Virus record (IMG/VR): IMGVR_UViG_3300017705_000568
Span: 1-34,819 of that record
Direction: 5' to 3' (one strand)
Length of the DNA: 34,819 bases
Source: a virus
Lineage: Duplodnaviria; Caudoviricetes
Shown here: positions 1-10,169 of the stretch, in pieces
Numbering within the stretch: the first letter of the stretch is position 1
Layout of the letters: each line of letters begins with the position of its first letter
Notes under the pieces: generated by a model
Database searches by the model: none
What the model saw: the letters and a program-made list of their open reading frames with translations, nothing else
Told to the model about the DNA's origin: nothing
Program-made: the position numbers and the translations under genes

Positions 1-3000
1 GTACCAAATTTAAAGTCCAGAATAAAGTCTTCATCAAACCTCAACCAACGCGCATCTAGTTTCCCCCTACGTAAAAAGATATCAATAATGGAGCGCATAA
101 TGCTGCTCCCCATTTGGTCTCTCCACGTAGCAATACTACTACCGTTAACTTCCATATCGGCTACGCCTCTGGACCACTGGTACGAGGACGCAGGGACCCC
201 GCTTAACGTATCAGTCGGCTTAGAATCGTACACTCCCGAGTATCCCCCGGTTACTGAGTAGAACTGGTTGGCGGAAAAATCAAATCCCTTAGCAAGATAG
301 CCTGACGGAGTTGTCTTCCCTCTCAAAGGGTTCATCCCTGATATAGACATGTAATCCGTCGACATTACATCTCCGAATCCCGTGCGTGTGTGCGGATAGG
401 ATGGCAGGGCGTACCTAAGGTTTCTTCTTCTGGAAGTATCTCTAACAGCCGACAGTTCCCCTGTTGTCTGTTGTGCCACGCCCCAGAAAAGCTCTTCAGC
501 GCCTGCGCCCGTCTTCGCTCCATACCACGAAGCGGAGGGCATAAACCTGCCTTGTTGTGGCGCGGCGAAAGCTGAAGCGTGTCCAACCCCACTAAAGATG
601 CCATTTCCCGAGGTTCCTCTAAACGAACACACAGAATAGGAGTCCATAATATTAGTCTCGTAATCCGTATCTTCAGTAAGAATTGCTATGCTTTCTATGC
701 TGCTGGGTCTGATACCATCATTTTGATAGTCCTTATCAAACATCCAGCCCGTCTCGAATTCTCCTAGAAGCTCAAAGTTACCTATCTTAAGACCGGAGAA
801 GTTTAGACCGCCCCCCCATCGTGGGTCACCAGCTACAGCGTTTACGCCGCCGCTACCAAGAGGCTCGCTTACTTCTATATTAAAATAAGGGTCCCCCTTC
901 CGGTCTGGGTTAGTTGTGTGCCAAGGAATCATGTAACCAGATACCTCGTACACCCCGACGGCAGACGTTGTTAACGGGAAAGAATTAGGGTTATTTGCCG
1001 GGTCTAGTGAACTTTGACTAGTCCAGGACACGAACCCGCTTGGCGGGAGTTCAGATGCAAGGAGAGAAGATATGGGAGTAGACGCGTTATAATCGTAAAC
1101 CTGACCTGTTCCTGTGATAGCGTAGCCCGGGTCGAATACCTCATATTTTAAAGTATAAGGACCAGCTAGCATTTCCAATGCATCCGGAACACCCCAGATG
1201 GAAGGTGCAAAGTTAAACTGGAGGTTTGTACCTGCGGTTGCTGTGTGGGCGGGGTCAGCATTACCCGTTATTCGGTTTCGCGTTACACTAGAAGTATTCC
1301 ACTCCATATAACGAGCGTCCCCATCAACAGTTGCGCTAACTCCAGTCGTAATATAGTTTCCGCTGGTATTTAATCCATAATACGTGTACCCACTGGGAGC
1401 GTAAACATTCAGAGTGGCGCCACCGTTTAGGTCTGGGACAGCACAAACATCCTCTCCAGGATGGTCAAAGGCACCGAACGAACTCGCATCCTCGTACTTG
1501 AGGAAGTCCCGCCTCTGGGGAATCATGTACTTGTCGTCCATGTACTGTCCTACGTAAATCTTATTGATAACGTGGAACGGTGCGAACTGCCTAAGAACAT
1601 CAACAATAGTGTCAATTGCTTTATTGCCTATCTTATTTGTCGCTTCTGAATAAAGTAACCGCGTCTCTTCAAAATCTATATTAGCAGCATCGAGCTTTGT
1701 GAAAACCGTAGATGATTTAGAGTTCCAATAATCTAATAAGGATGCCGATTCTATATCTCCTTCCGCTATAATCTCCTTATAGTTGGGAGCCAGTTGTTGC
1801 GAGCTTGTGAAAAATTTAAAGGCTTGATTATCTCCCCACGCTAACGGGGTGTCTCCATCATCTTTTACCTCTACAACATCTCTCAATAACGTAGCAAACT
1901 GTCCTACTATCCCTGATGGGACCTGTAAACCAAAGCCGTCGGTGGGGGATTGAAAGAACCCGGATAAATCCAACACTAACCTAGGGGTTATCCTAGAATT
2001 TAAATAGAACCTATCATGTTCCCATGGGGGAACAGAAATATGTTTACCTCGGTGGAAATACGACGGGTCGGGCTGATTTGTCCAGAACGGGGTTTCAGTG
2101 TAATCTATATTCCCTATCCGAATCATGCCATGGTTGATATGAAGATAATGTAATAGAGCGTCGACTAGAAATCTACAACTAGAATCTATATCAGTACCCA
2201 TGTGTACAGGGATGTCTAAGTTATTTCTGTTTGCGTAATCCCGCCAATCATTTACCGTGGCTTGCAGCGAAGTCATATCCTTTGAAACAGGTGACGCCGT
2301 GCGTATTAAGTAATACATCAAGTTAGGGAGATAACTTTCCCAAGTCTCAGTAACCCCGGAAACGGTATTGTTAGGGTCAAAGATTGAGGAAGGTATTAAT
2401 TCATTTAATACATAATCTATACTATTGCGGGTGCCCTTAGATTTGTAAACATAAATGGCTTGCCTTAACTGGTTTCTCCATTTGTCTACATCATCGGTTA
2501 ACAGTTTCCACCCGACATAATGTGCTAAGTAATCCAAGAAGTCCGATGGACACCTCTCGATATCTAATAAGTCTCCTATATCTGTGACCAGACTTTTTAT
2601 ATCGTAGAATCCATATGCAATCGCTTTCAAAAACTTAGCCATAGCACCTTTACTTTCCATTCTCTTAGGCGTTTGACCTAGGATAGAAAGCTCAAGGCTA
2701 TCTTTTAAAAACAAACTATTTTCATCTTGCTGAGTTGTCCAAGTCCCTATAAGAGTCTTTAACGACTCAAGCATTTGTGTACCGGAGGTGTAGTTGCCTG
2801 CCTGGTACGCGCTAACTTGATTCCATGGATGTGGCAGGTATTCCTGGAATCCCGCACTGGTCTCTCTGTTCAACCAGAAATACTCGAATAGAAGTTTAGT
2901 CCCTGCCTCCTCGTCGAACGTATCACCATAGAAAACGTCCCCCAAGGCACTGGTTATTAAAGCGCTAGGTGGGTCGAGCCCGGGACCCCCGGACGTGTTT

Positions 3001-3494
3001 AAGAAATAAAGTAGTCCAAGGTGGTCAACTAAGTATTGCTGTACGAGACCGGCGTCACTAGTTGTCCTGTCTACATACGACGATACCCCTGATGCCCAGG
3101 AAGTCTGCGCGTCGTTCGCCCTGATTTTAGGCAGTAAGGAACCAGAAACATAGTGCAGAAACTCCCCTTGATTTTTAAAGTCGCTCCATTGTTTCTTATC
3201 AGCTCGTAGAATCTTTTCCGAGAATTTTTGAGGAGTAACCCGTGTTAACTTATTTTCGGGCAGATAATACTGGTATAGAGTAGAGGTTTCAGTATTACCT
3301 GATACGGGTAGTAACCCGTCTATGTGCTTTATAGCTCGGAGTAATTTTCCTAATACCGCATAATTAACATCCTCTTCCTCCCCATATAACCGAAAATCTA
3401 ATTCGTCATATAGCTCAGGGACCAGGTGTTGAACCTGGTCTATGTAGTTGTACTTAAAGTACTTCTGAGAATTTCCTCTATCTGATGTGGACAT
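1..3494 (-). CDS. Large baseplate wedge protein, P2 gpI / T4 gp7-like (partial, >1164 aa, 3' end outside window)
   Basis: ATG at 3494 overlaps the upstream TAA (TAATG). Hand translation starts MSTSDRGNSQKYFKYNYIDQVQHLVPELY. The same frame reads IGDLLDIERCPSDFLDYLAHYVGWKLLTDDVDKWRNQLRQAIYVYKSKGTRNSIDYVL at ~2405-2579 (Tail_P2_I-type motif) and is still open at 1-59. Its absence from the ORF track fits having no stop in the window. Follows the gp6-like gene. Confidence 0.85.
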   Translation of the reverse strand, partial: MSTSDRGNSQKYFKYNYIDQVQHLVPELYDELDFRLYGEEEDVNYAVLGKLLRAIKHIDGLLPVSGNTETSTLYQYYLPENKLTRVTPQKFSEKILRADKKQWSDFKNQGEFLHYVSGSLLPKIRANDAQTSWASGVSSYVDRTTSDAGLVQQYLVDHLGLLYFLNTSGGPGLDPPSALITSALGDVFYGDTFDEEAGTKLLFEYFWLNRETSAGFQEYLPHPWNQVSAYQAGNYTSGTQMLESLKTLIGTWTTQQDENSLFLKDSLELSILGQTPKRMESKGAMAKFLKAIAYGFYDIKSLVTDIGDLLDIERCPSDFLDYLAHYVGWKLLTDDVDKWRNQLRQAIYVYKSKGTRNSIDYVLNELIPSSIFDPNNTVSGVTETWESYLPNLMYYLIRTASPVSKDMTSLQATVNDWRDYANRNNLDIPVHMGTDIDSSCRFLVDALLHYLHINHGMIRIGNIDYTETPFWTNQPDPSYFHRGKHISVPPWEHDRFYLNSRITPRLVLDLSGFFQSPTDGFGLQVPSGIVGQFATLLRDVVEVKDDGDTPLAWGDNQAFKFFTSSQQLAPNYKEIIAEGDIESASLLDYWNSKSSTVFTKLDAANIDFEETRLLYSEATNKIGNKAIDTIVDVLRQFAPFHVINKIYVGQYMDDKYMIPQRRDFLKYEDASSFGAFDHPGEDVCAVPDLNGGATLNVYAPSGYTYYGLNTSGNYITTGVSATVDGDARYMEWNTSSVTRNRITGNADPAHTATAGTNLQFNFAPSIWGVPDALEMLAGPYTLKYEVFDPGYAITGTGQVYDYNASTPISSLLASELPPSGFVSWTSQSSLDPANNPNSFPLTTSAVGVYEVSGYMIPWHTTNPDRKGDPYFNIEVSEPLGSGGVNAVAGDPRWGGGLNFSGLKIGNFELLGEFETGWMFDKDYQNDGIRPSSIESIAILTEDTDYETNIMDSYSVCSFRGTSGNGIFSGVGHASAFAAPQQGRFMPSASWYGAKTGAGAEELFWGVAQQTTGELSAVRDTSRRRNLRYALPSYPHTRTGFGDVMSTDYMSISGMNPLRGKTTPSGYLAKGFDFSANQFYSVTGGYSGVYDSKPTDTLSGVPASSYQWSRGVADMEVNGSSIATWRDQMGSSIMRSIIDIFLRRGKLDARWLRFDEDFILDFKFG

Positions 3495-5122
3495 TATACT
3501 AATTCAACATTTAATTCAAAATTATTCAATTGAATAATCTCGTTAAAACTTACAAAAACATCTTTGTCGATATTGTCTAATTGAAAATACCTGACCTCGG
3601 GGACTTGAAGCATGGCATTTTGAAGTTCCGAAATGGAAAGTTTTTGACCGAACTCTCTACCGTCAACATGGAAATACTTCTTAAGGTGCCCAGCAACATT
3701 TTGTTTTATCTGCTCTTCATACCTCTCTCTGTGTCGGTCAACAAAAATAGTAGCGACTAAATCAACAGTACGGATAACACCGTCAACAATCGTAATTTCG
3801 TCAGTTAGCATTTTGTACCTGTTGTAATGTGTTAGCAATTCATTTTTAAACGCGATAGATGCTCTTTCTAATTGAAGGTCCGTTGCTTTAGACAAAACAT
3901 AAACATCTATCATATTAGCACTAGCTCCGTTCTTTCTTACGGAAGCAATTGCTTTGGCAGTCTGACCTGAATTTCCTACAAACGTACTCGCTAAGGTTGC
4001 GTAGTCCTCGCCCGTCACCGCTCTATATTGCGTGCGGAAAAAATAAGGCGCGTACTTTTTGGCGTGTTCTACAGTCTCAGCATCGAACCCTCCAGTACCT
4101 ACGGTCGTATTTTCTATTGTGCAGGCGTAGGAGTCTCCTGTACTTTTCCCTGTTAAGTTCAGGGTATTATTTATCATACTCCTCCCAATATTGCCTCGTT
4201 CGCCTCCTCCCTTCCTATATGTTATAACATAAGAAGCAGCGGGGGTTGGTAAAGACCCTTTAACGCCGTCGCCAAACGTTAGCGTTACCCCATAATCAGA
4301 AGTGTAATCCTTTTCAAAAATGGGTTGGGTGGACCCAGACGCCAAGTACAGTTTGGAAATTTCATTATAAATAGTACCTGTTCCTTCGCTGGATGACACG
4401 GAAATACTCCCCTCAATAATAGAGGCGTCATTAACCACGACCCGCTGTATGGACTGTCCGGTGTTGAAGCTGCCTGTTTGAGTACCCAAAGCTCCCTCTA
4501 AGAGAATTAAATCATTCCACTGAGCGCCGTTGCCGTCTGCGGAGTCCGAGCGGGATAGTTCTAAGTCACCTCCATCCATCGCTAGCGTACCATTAGCATT
4601 TTGTTTGTACAAGGTATATGTTAATATTCCGGAGTCTCTAGTGTTGGGTACATTGAATTCTCTAGCGTTTTGTGATACTATGACCTCCTCATCGGCGACT
4701 GGTACTGCCGGGTTTGCGGTAAGTACTCCCGTGGCTTTACTCGCTGTGGGACCTTTCATGGACACGCCTATTAATTTCAGAAGCTTATTTAAATTGCCTA
4801 CATTCTTGACGGTTGGCAAGTACATTTCATTGGCTGTCATATCAGCTTTTAACGACATCTGTGCCGCCATATAAGCGAACAATTCCAAAAGCATCTGTCC
4901 TAAGTCGGACGTTGCAAAGTTATTGTAATCATTAGGGTATACTGCTTTTAAATAATCTCTAAAGGCGACTCTATATTCATCAAAGTCGCTAAGGGAATAG
5001 TCAATCAAATCAGCCTTCTTGTTATCAGGGATAATACCTAGTTTAGCAAAGTCCGAGGAAATTGAACCATCAAACCCTGAAACATTATACAGTCCCCGAA
5101 AAAATTCATCAAGTGTTGTCAT
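3494..5122 (-). CDS. Baseplate wedge subunit, T4 gp6 / Baseplate J-like
   Basis: N-terminal DYSLSDFDEYR...YPNDYNNFATSDLGQMLLELFAY, FGDGVKGSLP, YRKGGGERGN and QYRAVTGEDY motifs typical of gp6-like wedges; downstream of gp25-like gene. Confidence 0.9.
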   Translation of the reverse strand: MTTLDEFFRGLYNVSGFDGSISSDFAKLGIIPDNKKADLIDYSLSDFDEYRVAFRDYLKAVYPNDYNNFATSDLGQMLLELFAYMAAQMSLKADMTANEMYLPTVKNVGNLNKLLKLIGVSMKGPTASKATGVLTANPAVPVADEEVIVSQNAREFNVPNTRDSGILTYTLYKQNANGTLAMDGGDLELSRSDSADGNGAQWNDLILLEGALGTQTGSFNTGQSIQRVVVNDASIIEGSISVSSSEGTGTIYNEISKLYLASGSTQPIFEKDYTSDYGVTLTFGDGVKGSLPTPAASYVITYRKGGGERGNIGRSMINNTLNLTGKSTGDSYACTIENTTVGTGGFDAETVEHAKKYAPYFFRTQYRAVTGEDYATLASTFVGNSGQTAKAIASVRKNGASANMIDVYVLSKATDLQLERASIAFKNELLTHYNRYKMLTDEITIVDGVIRTVDLVATIFVDRHRERYEEQIKQNVAGHLKKYFHVDGREFGQKLSISELQNAMLQVPEVRYFQLDNIDKDVFVSFNEIIQLNNFELNVELV

Positions 5123-5532
5123 ATTGTTATCTCCACGGTTTCGTCTCTAAGTAAATCATCTTTTAGTGCCATTCTTAGAGTAATGGTAAGAGTATGTTCG
5201 TTTTGAACCAGGTCCAGTTTCTTAACAACTACTCTAGGCTCGTAAGTATTAATTGCTTGTACTATCTGTTTTTTAAGACCATCAGCTAGCAAAGGGTCAT
5301 TTTGGTCAAAAACACCCATGCGAAGACCTGTCCCATAATTAGGTCGCATCACTCTTTCACCTTTAGAGGTTAAAAGGAGTTGAATTAGACCATCACGAAT
5401 AGATTTAATACCTTCATTGTATGTGAAAATACCCCCGGTTCCACTAACATATAAAGGGAATGCAACACCCTTCACAAACTTCCTTTTAGAAGTAGTAAGG
5501 TATTGTAAATGAGGGTTGTAATCTATTGCCAT
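5119..5532 (-). CDS. Baseplate protein gp25 / GPW-like (sheath initiator)
   Basis: IRDGLIQLLLTSKGERVMRPNYGTGL and AINTYEPRVVV signature motifs; 137 aa. Confidence 0.93.
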   Translation of the reverse strand: MAIDYNPHLQYLTTSKRKFVKGVAFPLYVSGTGGIFTYNEGIKSIRDGLIQLLLTSKGERVMRPNYGTGLRMGVFDQNDPLLADGLKKQIVQAINTYEPRVVVKKLDLVQNEHTLTITLRMALKDDLLRDETVEITI

Positions 5533-8500
5533 TCTAATTTAATATTTTTAAAGAATCCCGCTTGAGAGGTGTAGTTCGCGTTAGCTTCAGTTATATTTAG
5601 AGGTTTCGTATAAATCTTAAAACTACCTACAAAGCCGTCTAGCCCGCTACGAGGTACTTTTTTAGTGACTGAGCGCCCGGACATTGGGGGTGAGTGTTGT
5701 CCTTTTATATAAGTATCAGAATCTACCGTAATAAGTTCTTCGCCTGTGTTGTAAGTATGGTTGGTGTTGGAGCCTAAAAAACCTAAAGGGTAATGGAGAC
5801 CATTAGGTCTAACGGATATGTTATCAGTAAACCCACCACCTATTACCCAAGGAGTAAATACAGGGTAGTTGACCCTGTGGGTATTGGATTTGGCGTCCTT
5901 TATATGTGAACCCATAAAGCTCTCCTCCCACGGGAAGCAGTTCACTACAGGGGTAGTTGGAGCATTTTTTTGAGTAAGTTTAGTCGGTATTGTCACGGTC
6001 CCTCCGATAGGGTTATGGTCAAAACAATCAGACAGAGACGAGGCTGCTAGGAGCTCGCCATCTAAAAAGACAGATATCTTGTCGCTGTTATAATCAAAGG
6101 AAACATTGAAGTGAGTAAATGTAGAACTTACATCTTGTAGGCTTTTGCCAGAATCTGTAAGATAGGATTCTTTAACCTTCATACCTAACTCACTAGTGTC
6201 TGTTCTAGCAGGTCTCATGCCTACTGAAGCATCAAAAGTTTCGGCGATACAGACGCTGTGACCCCAGTTCTTATTTGGGTCGGTGGTAGTAAGGTTCTGT
6301 CCTACGGTAGGTAATACGACGAATTCTAGCCCGCTAGTGTTAGCGGAGTTCGGCTTGCCTCTATCTCGAAAACCCATTATCAGTCCATGAGTTTTTGTTA
6401 AGTCGGGAGCTTTCGCCGATATACTTGCGTTAATATCGGGCAAAGCTCTAGCCGCATGTACGAAAGTTTTATCTACCGGACCACTATTTTCATTCGCCAA
6501 TATTAATCTGTACCTATGGTCCACCGTCATCGCTGAATGCACGTTAGGTACATGAGTCCAGAAATCAAAGGAAACCCCTTCGGGTTTAGGGTAGAATAAG
6601 TTGTCTAATTTTCTAGACCCGTTGTAAGGTAGTCCCCTATTTAAATAATCAGTAAACGAGTTCGGTAGTTGTGCGTAAGACCCTTTAATTTGAGTATATC
6701 CGCTTCCCCATTTTGACTGAGCATCTAATACAGTTCCGGTCATATACGCTATCCCTGTCCCAGATGGGAAAATATGATTAGTGTCGTAAGCCACTAATTT
6801 AGCGTCCAATCTAGTGGAACCCTCAGCGGCGTTGTTTAGAGTTCTAGTGGTAGACGATGCCTGAACAACGTCGTCAGCGCGTAGAAAATTATAACAAATT
6901 AAAAGATTATCGGTAACGATATCATCAGTTATACTTTTAACTACTGGCTGCGTAGCACTATGCGCTCTAGCATTTATCGCGCTGGGACCCTCTGAATGCA
7001 CCCAATCTCCTAGCCCAATCTTATCCACCGCCAACGCATTTATAAAAGAGAATGGTTTCCCCGGCGATACCACAAACCGTGGTTGGTGAGGAAACACGAC
7101 TTCATCTAAATCTTCTGAGAACAAGGTTACTTTCTTTTGAAAATCTACCTTAGGGTTCAGTCCAGAACCTCGAAAGAAAGAAAAATCATTAATAGGTATT
7201 CGGGGAATGGGGCTGAACCCTCCTTTTGATAACTCAATACCGCTTGATGTTAAAGACTCAGCAGCATCACCGGCTTCGAGTCCTTTCAGAGTCGCGTACT
7301 TACCCAGGAAAGAGTCGGATGGATTCCACTCTAAAATAATCCCTGCCCCATATGCAGGGTCGTCTGCTGTAGTTATAAAATATCTCTCAGCTCCAAATGC
7401 CGCAGCCAATGAGAGTTGCTTCTTTCTCTTTTTAATTTTTACATCATAAACCGACGCCACTGCGTTTAACTGGGCGTAGGAGTTTTGAACTAATGCATCA
7501 TCCACAGAGTACCCTAGAGGACCCAAAAGTTCGTGTAGATGTCCAGAAACATCTTGAATATGAGTAGCTTTATCATCCTCAAACTGTTGTATCACATCAT
7601 CATGTTCAACGAAAGCTAAGTAAGTAGGGTTATCGGGCTGAACCTCATAATTCAAATCGAAGATAGTGCCTATAGCATCAGATATCTCATCTTCAGATAA
7701 GGGAGTGCCTCGCCCTCCTTTATTTGCTGCATACTCTAAATTCCACATAGTACTCGATGCACTTGGAGGTATAATTTGAGGAGGCAGTCCTCCTTTACGA
7801 GAGTCATAGTAAAGTCCATCTTTCGATAATACAAACTGTCCTTTGGTAGAAACAGGAGGACCGTACACTAAATCAAAAGTGGGTTCTGCAAGAGGGTCTT
7901 CTTCCAGTACCTGCGCTTTTAACGCAGCAAGCATTGCTTGATTTTCCCTGTAAGGTTGGATAATCTGGGATTCAATAAAGTGCTTATTATTTGCTATTAC
8001 CTCTTTAGCGTAATCAGACACCTCAGGCAAATCAATCGCGGACAAGTTTAGCTTAGGCTCTAAACAATCTCCTGAAGCGCGACAGTTTAATATTTCAGTT
8101 ATAGAATCCAATGTTAATTGAATTCTGTTTAACTCGTTTTGGGCTTTTGCTCTTTTAGCAAGCGCTGATTTGACCCGGTCTTTAGTAAAAGTATTATCAG
8201 TAGCTATCCCTGTCACTGTGGTCTCCCCGAAGAAATTAGCTACTTCCGAGGTAAGCGCAGTGAGCTGTGATGCAGACGGTTCTTGCTCTACAGTACCCGG
8301 CACAAAGACAGGCGCTCCACTAGGGTTAATGGTCGTGTCCTGCAAAACCTCTATACCGTTCTTAATGGAAAGGGCGGGACCTATCAAATTGTCTCGCTGC
8401 TTTTTAGCATCTTCAGCAGAACCACCCCTAACGGAAACACGCCCCTTCAAGGGGTTTCTCATAGTATAAATCCCGCTTAATTTTTTAATGCGGGTATTGA

Positions 8501-8609
8501 GTGTAGCCACTTTTTTAGCTTGTTCCGCCTTATCGTTTAATAAAGCATTAGACAAGCTAACCAAAGTCTGGCTAGGCATTAAGCTTAAGGTTGAGTGGGC
8601 GAAAATCAT
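5523..8609 (-). CDS. Large putative baseplate-associated virion protein; N-terminal coiled coil, C-terminal LamG/concanavalin-like beta domain
   Basis: 1028-aa ORF coupled between the PAAR and gp25 genes; SFDFWTH, FTHFNVSFDYNSDKISVFLDGEL, WVIGG and GFVGSFKIYTKPLNITEANANY resemble LamG-like motifs. Confidence 0.6.
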   Translation of the reverse strand: MIFAHSTLSLMPSQTLVSLSNALLNDKAEQAKKVATLNTRIKKLSGIYTMRNPLKGRVSVRGGSAEDAKKQRDNLIGPALSIKNGIEVLQDTTINPSGAPVFVPGTVEQEPSASQLTALTSEVANFFGETTVTGIATDNTFTKDRVKSALAKRAKAQNELNRIQLTLDSITEILNCRASGDCLEPKLNLSAIDLPEVSDYAKEVIANNKHFIESQIIQPYRENQAMLAALKAQVLEEDPLAEPTFDLVYGPPVSTKGQFVLSKDGLYYDSRKGGLPPQIIPPSASSTMWNLEYAANKGGRGTPLSEDEISDAIGTIFDLNYEVQPDNPTYLAFVEHDDVIQQFEDDKATHIQDVSGHLHELLGPLGYSVDDALVQNSYAQLNAVASVYDVKIKKRKKQLSLAAAFGAERYFITTADDPAYGAGIILEWNPSDSFLGKYATLKGLEAGDAAESLTSSGIELSKGGFSPIPRIPINDFSFFRGSGLNPKVDFQKKVTLFSEDLDEVVFPHQPRFVVSPGKPFSFINALAVDKIGLGDWVHSEGPSAINARAHSATQPVVKSITDDIVTDNLLICYNFLRADDVVQASSTTRTLNNAAEGSTRLDAKLVAYDTNHIFPSGTGIAYMTGTVLDAQSKWGSGYTQIKGSYAQLPNSFTDYLNRGLPYNGSRKLDNLFYPKPEGVSFDFWTHVPNVHSAMTVDHRYRLILANENSGPVDKTFVHAARALPDINASISAKAPDLTKTHGLIMGFRDRGKPNSANTSGLEFVVLPTVGQNLTTTDPNKNWGHSVCIAETFDASVGMRPARTDTSELGMKVKESYLTDSGKSLQDVSSTFTHFNVSFDYNSDKISVFLDGELLAASSLSDCFDHNPIGGTVTIPTKLTQKNAPTTPVVNCFPWEESFMGSHIKDAKSNTHRVNYPVFTPWVIGGGFTDNISVRPNGLHYPLGFLGSNTNHTYNTGEELITVDSDTYIKGQHSPPMSGRSVTKKVPRSGLDGFVGSFKIYTKPLNITEANANYTSQAGFFKNIKLEWQ

Positions 8610-9091
8610 ACGGTTAATAGTTTGGGATGACCCTTAATTACTGAGTGTCCACAAGTTGTGGCGTCTCCTATCCTAGCGACGGGGAACCCCTTAACCCGTA
8701 GCTTAGAGCTAGTAGTGATAACCTTCCATACGCCCGTAGCGTGTGGAGGATGTGGAAGCCCGAATGGCGCGTGTCCTGTGCCCCAAGCGGTGAGTAGAGC
8801 AATAGGTTTTCCTTGTATTCTTACATGGCAATATACAGGGTTTCCCAGCAAGGTTGCGGGGGGCGCTACGACTTGGTCGAACAAATAGGAAACAGGTTTT
8901 TGTGAAGTACTGTGCCATTGTGAACTACCCAAGCTGAGCGTCTTCTGTATGGACGCCGGTCTTTTGTACTTCATCGATATGTGGACCGGGGTGGCTCTAC
9001 CTCCTGAGGGTGGCGGTATAGATATAAAGCCCTCTCCACCACCCGTCATAGGGGGTAGTAGTATCGGACTAAATAAGGTTAATAGGGTCAT
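8606..9091 (-). CDS. PAAR-like spike-tip protein with N-terminal extension
   Basis: VRIQGKPIALL...GH...HPPH...LRVKGFPVARIGDATTCGHSVIKG PAAR-type repeats with His/Cys metal ligands; two genes downstream of the spike. Confidence 0.82.
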   Translation of the reverse strand: MTLLTLFSPILLPPMTGGGEGFISIPPPSGGRATPVHISMKYKRPASIQKTLSLGSSQWHSTSQKPVSYLFDQVVAPPATLLGNPVYCHVRIQGKPIALLTAWGTGHAPFGLPHPPHATGVWKVITTSSKLRVKGFPVARIGDATTCGHSVIKGHPKLLTV

Positions 9092-9098
9092 TCTATAG

Positions 9099-9106
9099 TA
9101 TTTATA
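9099..9106 (-). promoter_or_regulatory. T4-late-promoter-like box TATAAATA, 7 nt before the PAAR ATG
   Basis: Minus strand reads TAGA-TATAAATA-CTATAGA-ATG; exact T4 late consensus in a 16-bp intergenic gap. Confidence 0.6.
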
Positions 9107-9107
9107 T

Positions 9108-10169
9108 CTATTCGGGCATTTCTATAATTGTGCAATGGACGGACGGAGCCCATCCGTTTTCTGGAGAGTACTCAAAGTCGCCGCCTGTAAACCTATCCCC
9201 TCTACCTTGGTGGTAGTTTTTCGCTTGGTTATCGTAACCGTATCTTGTTATCGTTAAATAAACCTTTTCCGAAGGTTCAAGGTACACTAGTTCAGGGTGG
9301 TCGTATATGTATTTATACAAGTCCCAACTCTCTTTAACCATAACATTCCTGGCGTGGTCTCTACGTACTCCAGCGGGAGTGACAGAGAAAAGGTCAACAA
9401 CACTTTCGAGGTGTCCAGCGGGAGCCGGTGGGGAGAAACGAACACCTAATAGAATTGCGGGGCTTAGGAAGGTATTGGTTATTAGCTCTATATCTATAGG
9501 GAGGTTTCTCCGACTAGATATAGCCTTATTAAATCCTGCGTCGGAAACCTGTAGCCCGCTAACATCGAAGTACGAGGGGAAATTGTGTGGTAAAGGAACC
9601 TCGGGAAAGAATGCACCCTGACCTGCTCCGGTTCCTGATGCAGTGGTAGTATTAGGGTCTGCCGTGAAGGGTGAACCTCTTTCGGATAGTACGTCTGCTA
9701 AACTAGCATTTGCGGTAATGGTTCTCTCTGGGGTTTCTCTATAAGAAACCTCCGTGGTACACATTAAATCATCCAGGAAGAGTGGGTCAGATGTTGCCGC
9801 TACGGTGCCTACCGTAGTTATGCCTGTGAATCTAATCCATAACGATTGACCGTCGTTTAAGGGTGTTGGGAATGTTATCGTATCATTGGACCAAGGGCTA
9901 TCGTCTTTACCTTCAATTCCCGTTATTACTTGTGGTACCTTATCATAATAAAGTTTGGTTCCGTTGTGTTCGATGAAAAAATAATAGCTGAAATTTTTGT
10001 AATAAGAGTGGTTGCTGTCGAAAGAGGTTGGTAACCGTAAAGTAACTTTTGCTTGGTCTACCGTCGTCATCCCTATAGAATCTAAAATCTTGATAGCCTC
10101 TTCCCCAACAGCTCTGTTACTGTCTAGGTCTCTTCCATACCATTCATCCGTTTTAACGAGATTAACCAT
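9108..10169 (-). CDS. Hypothetical protein, probably virion/baseplate associated
   Basis: 353-aa ORF translationally coupled (TAATG at 10169) to the spike gene; no recognised motif. Confidence 0.65.
   Translation of the reverse strand: MVNLVKTDEWYGRDLDSNRAVGEEAIKILDSIGMTTVDQAKVTLRLPTSFDSNHSYYKNFSYYFFIEHNGTKLYYDKVPQVITGIEGKDDSPWSNDTITFPTPLNDGQSLWIRFTGITTVGTVAATSDPLFLDDLMCTTEVSYRETPERTITANASLADVLSERGSPFTADPNTTTASGTGAGQGAFFPEVPLPHNFPSYFDVSGLQVSDAGFNKAISSRRNLPIDIELITNTFLSPAILLGVRFSPPAPAGHLESVVDLFSVTPAGVRRDHARNVMVKESWDLYKYIYDHPELVYLEPSEKVYLTITRYGYDNQAKNYHQGRGDRFTGGDFEYSPENGWAPSVHCTIIEMPE

Noticed and set aside
647-655. TAGGAGTCC match to the 17-bp repeat
   Set aside because: A 9-bp match is expected by chance in a window this size
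365-1649. Short ORFs at 365-604, 390-575, 579-767 and 1461-1649
   Set aside because: They are shadows of the long minus-strand wedge gene
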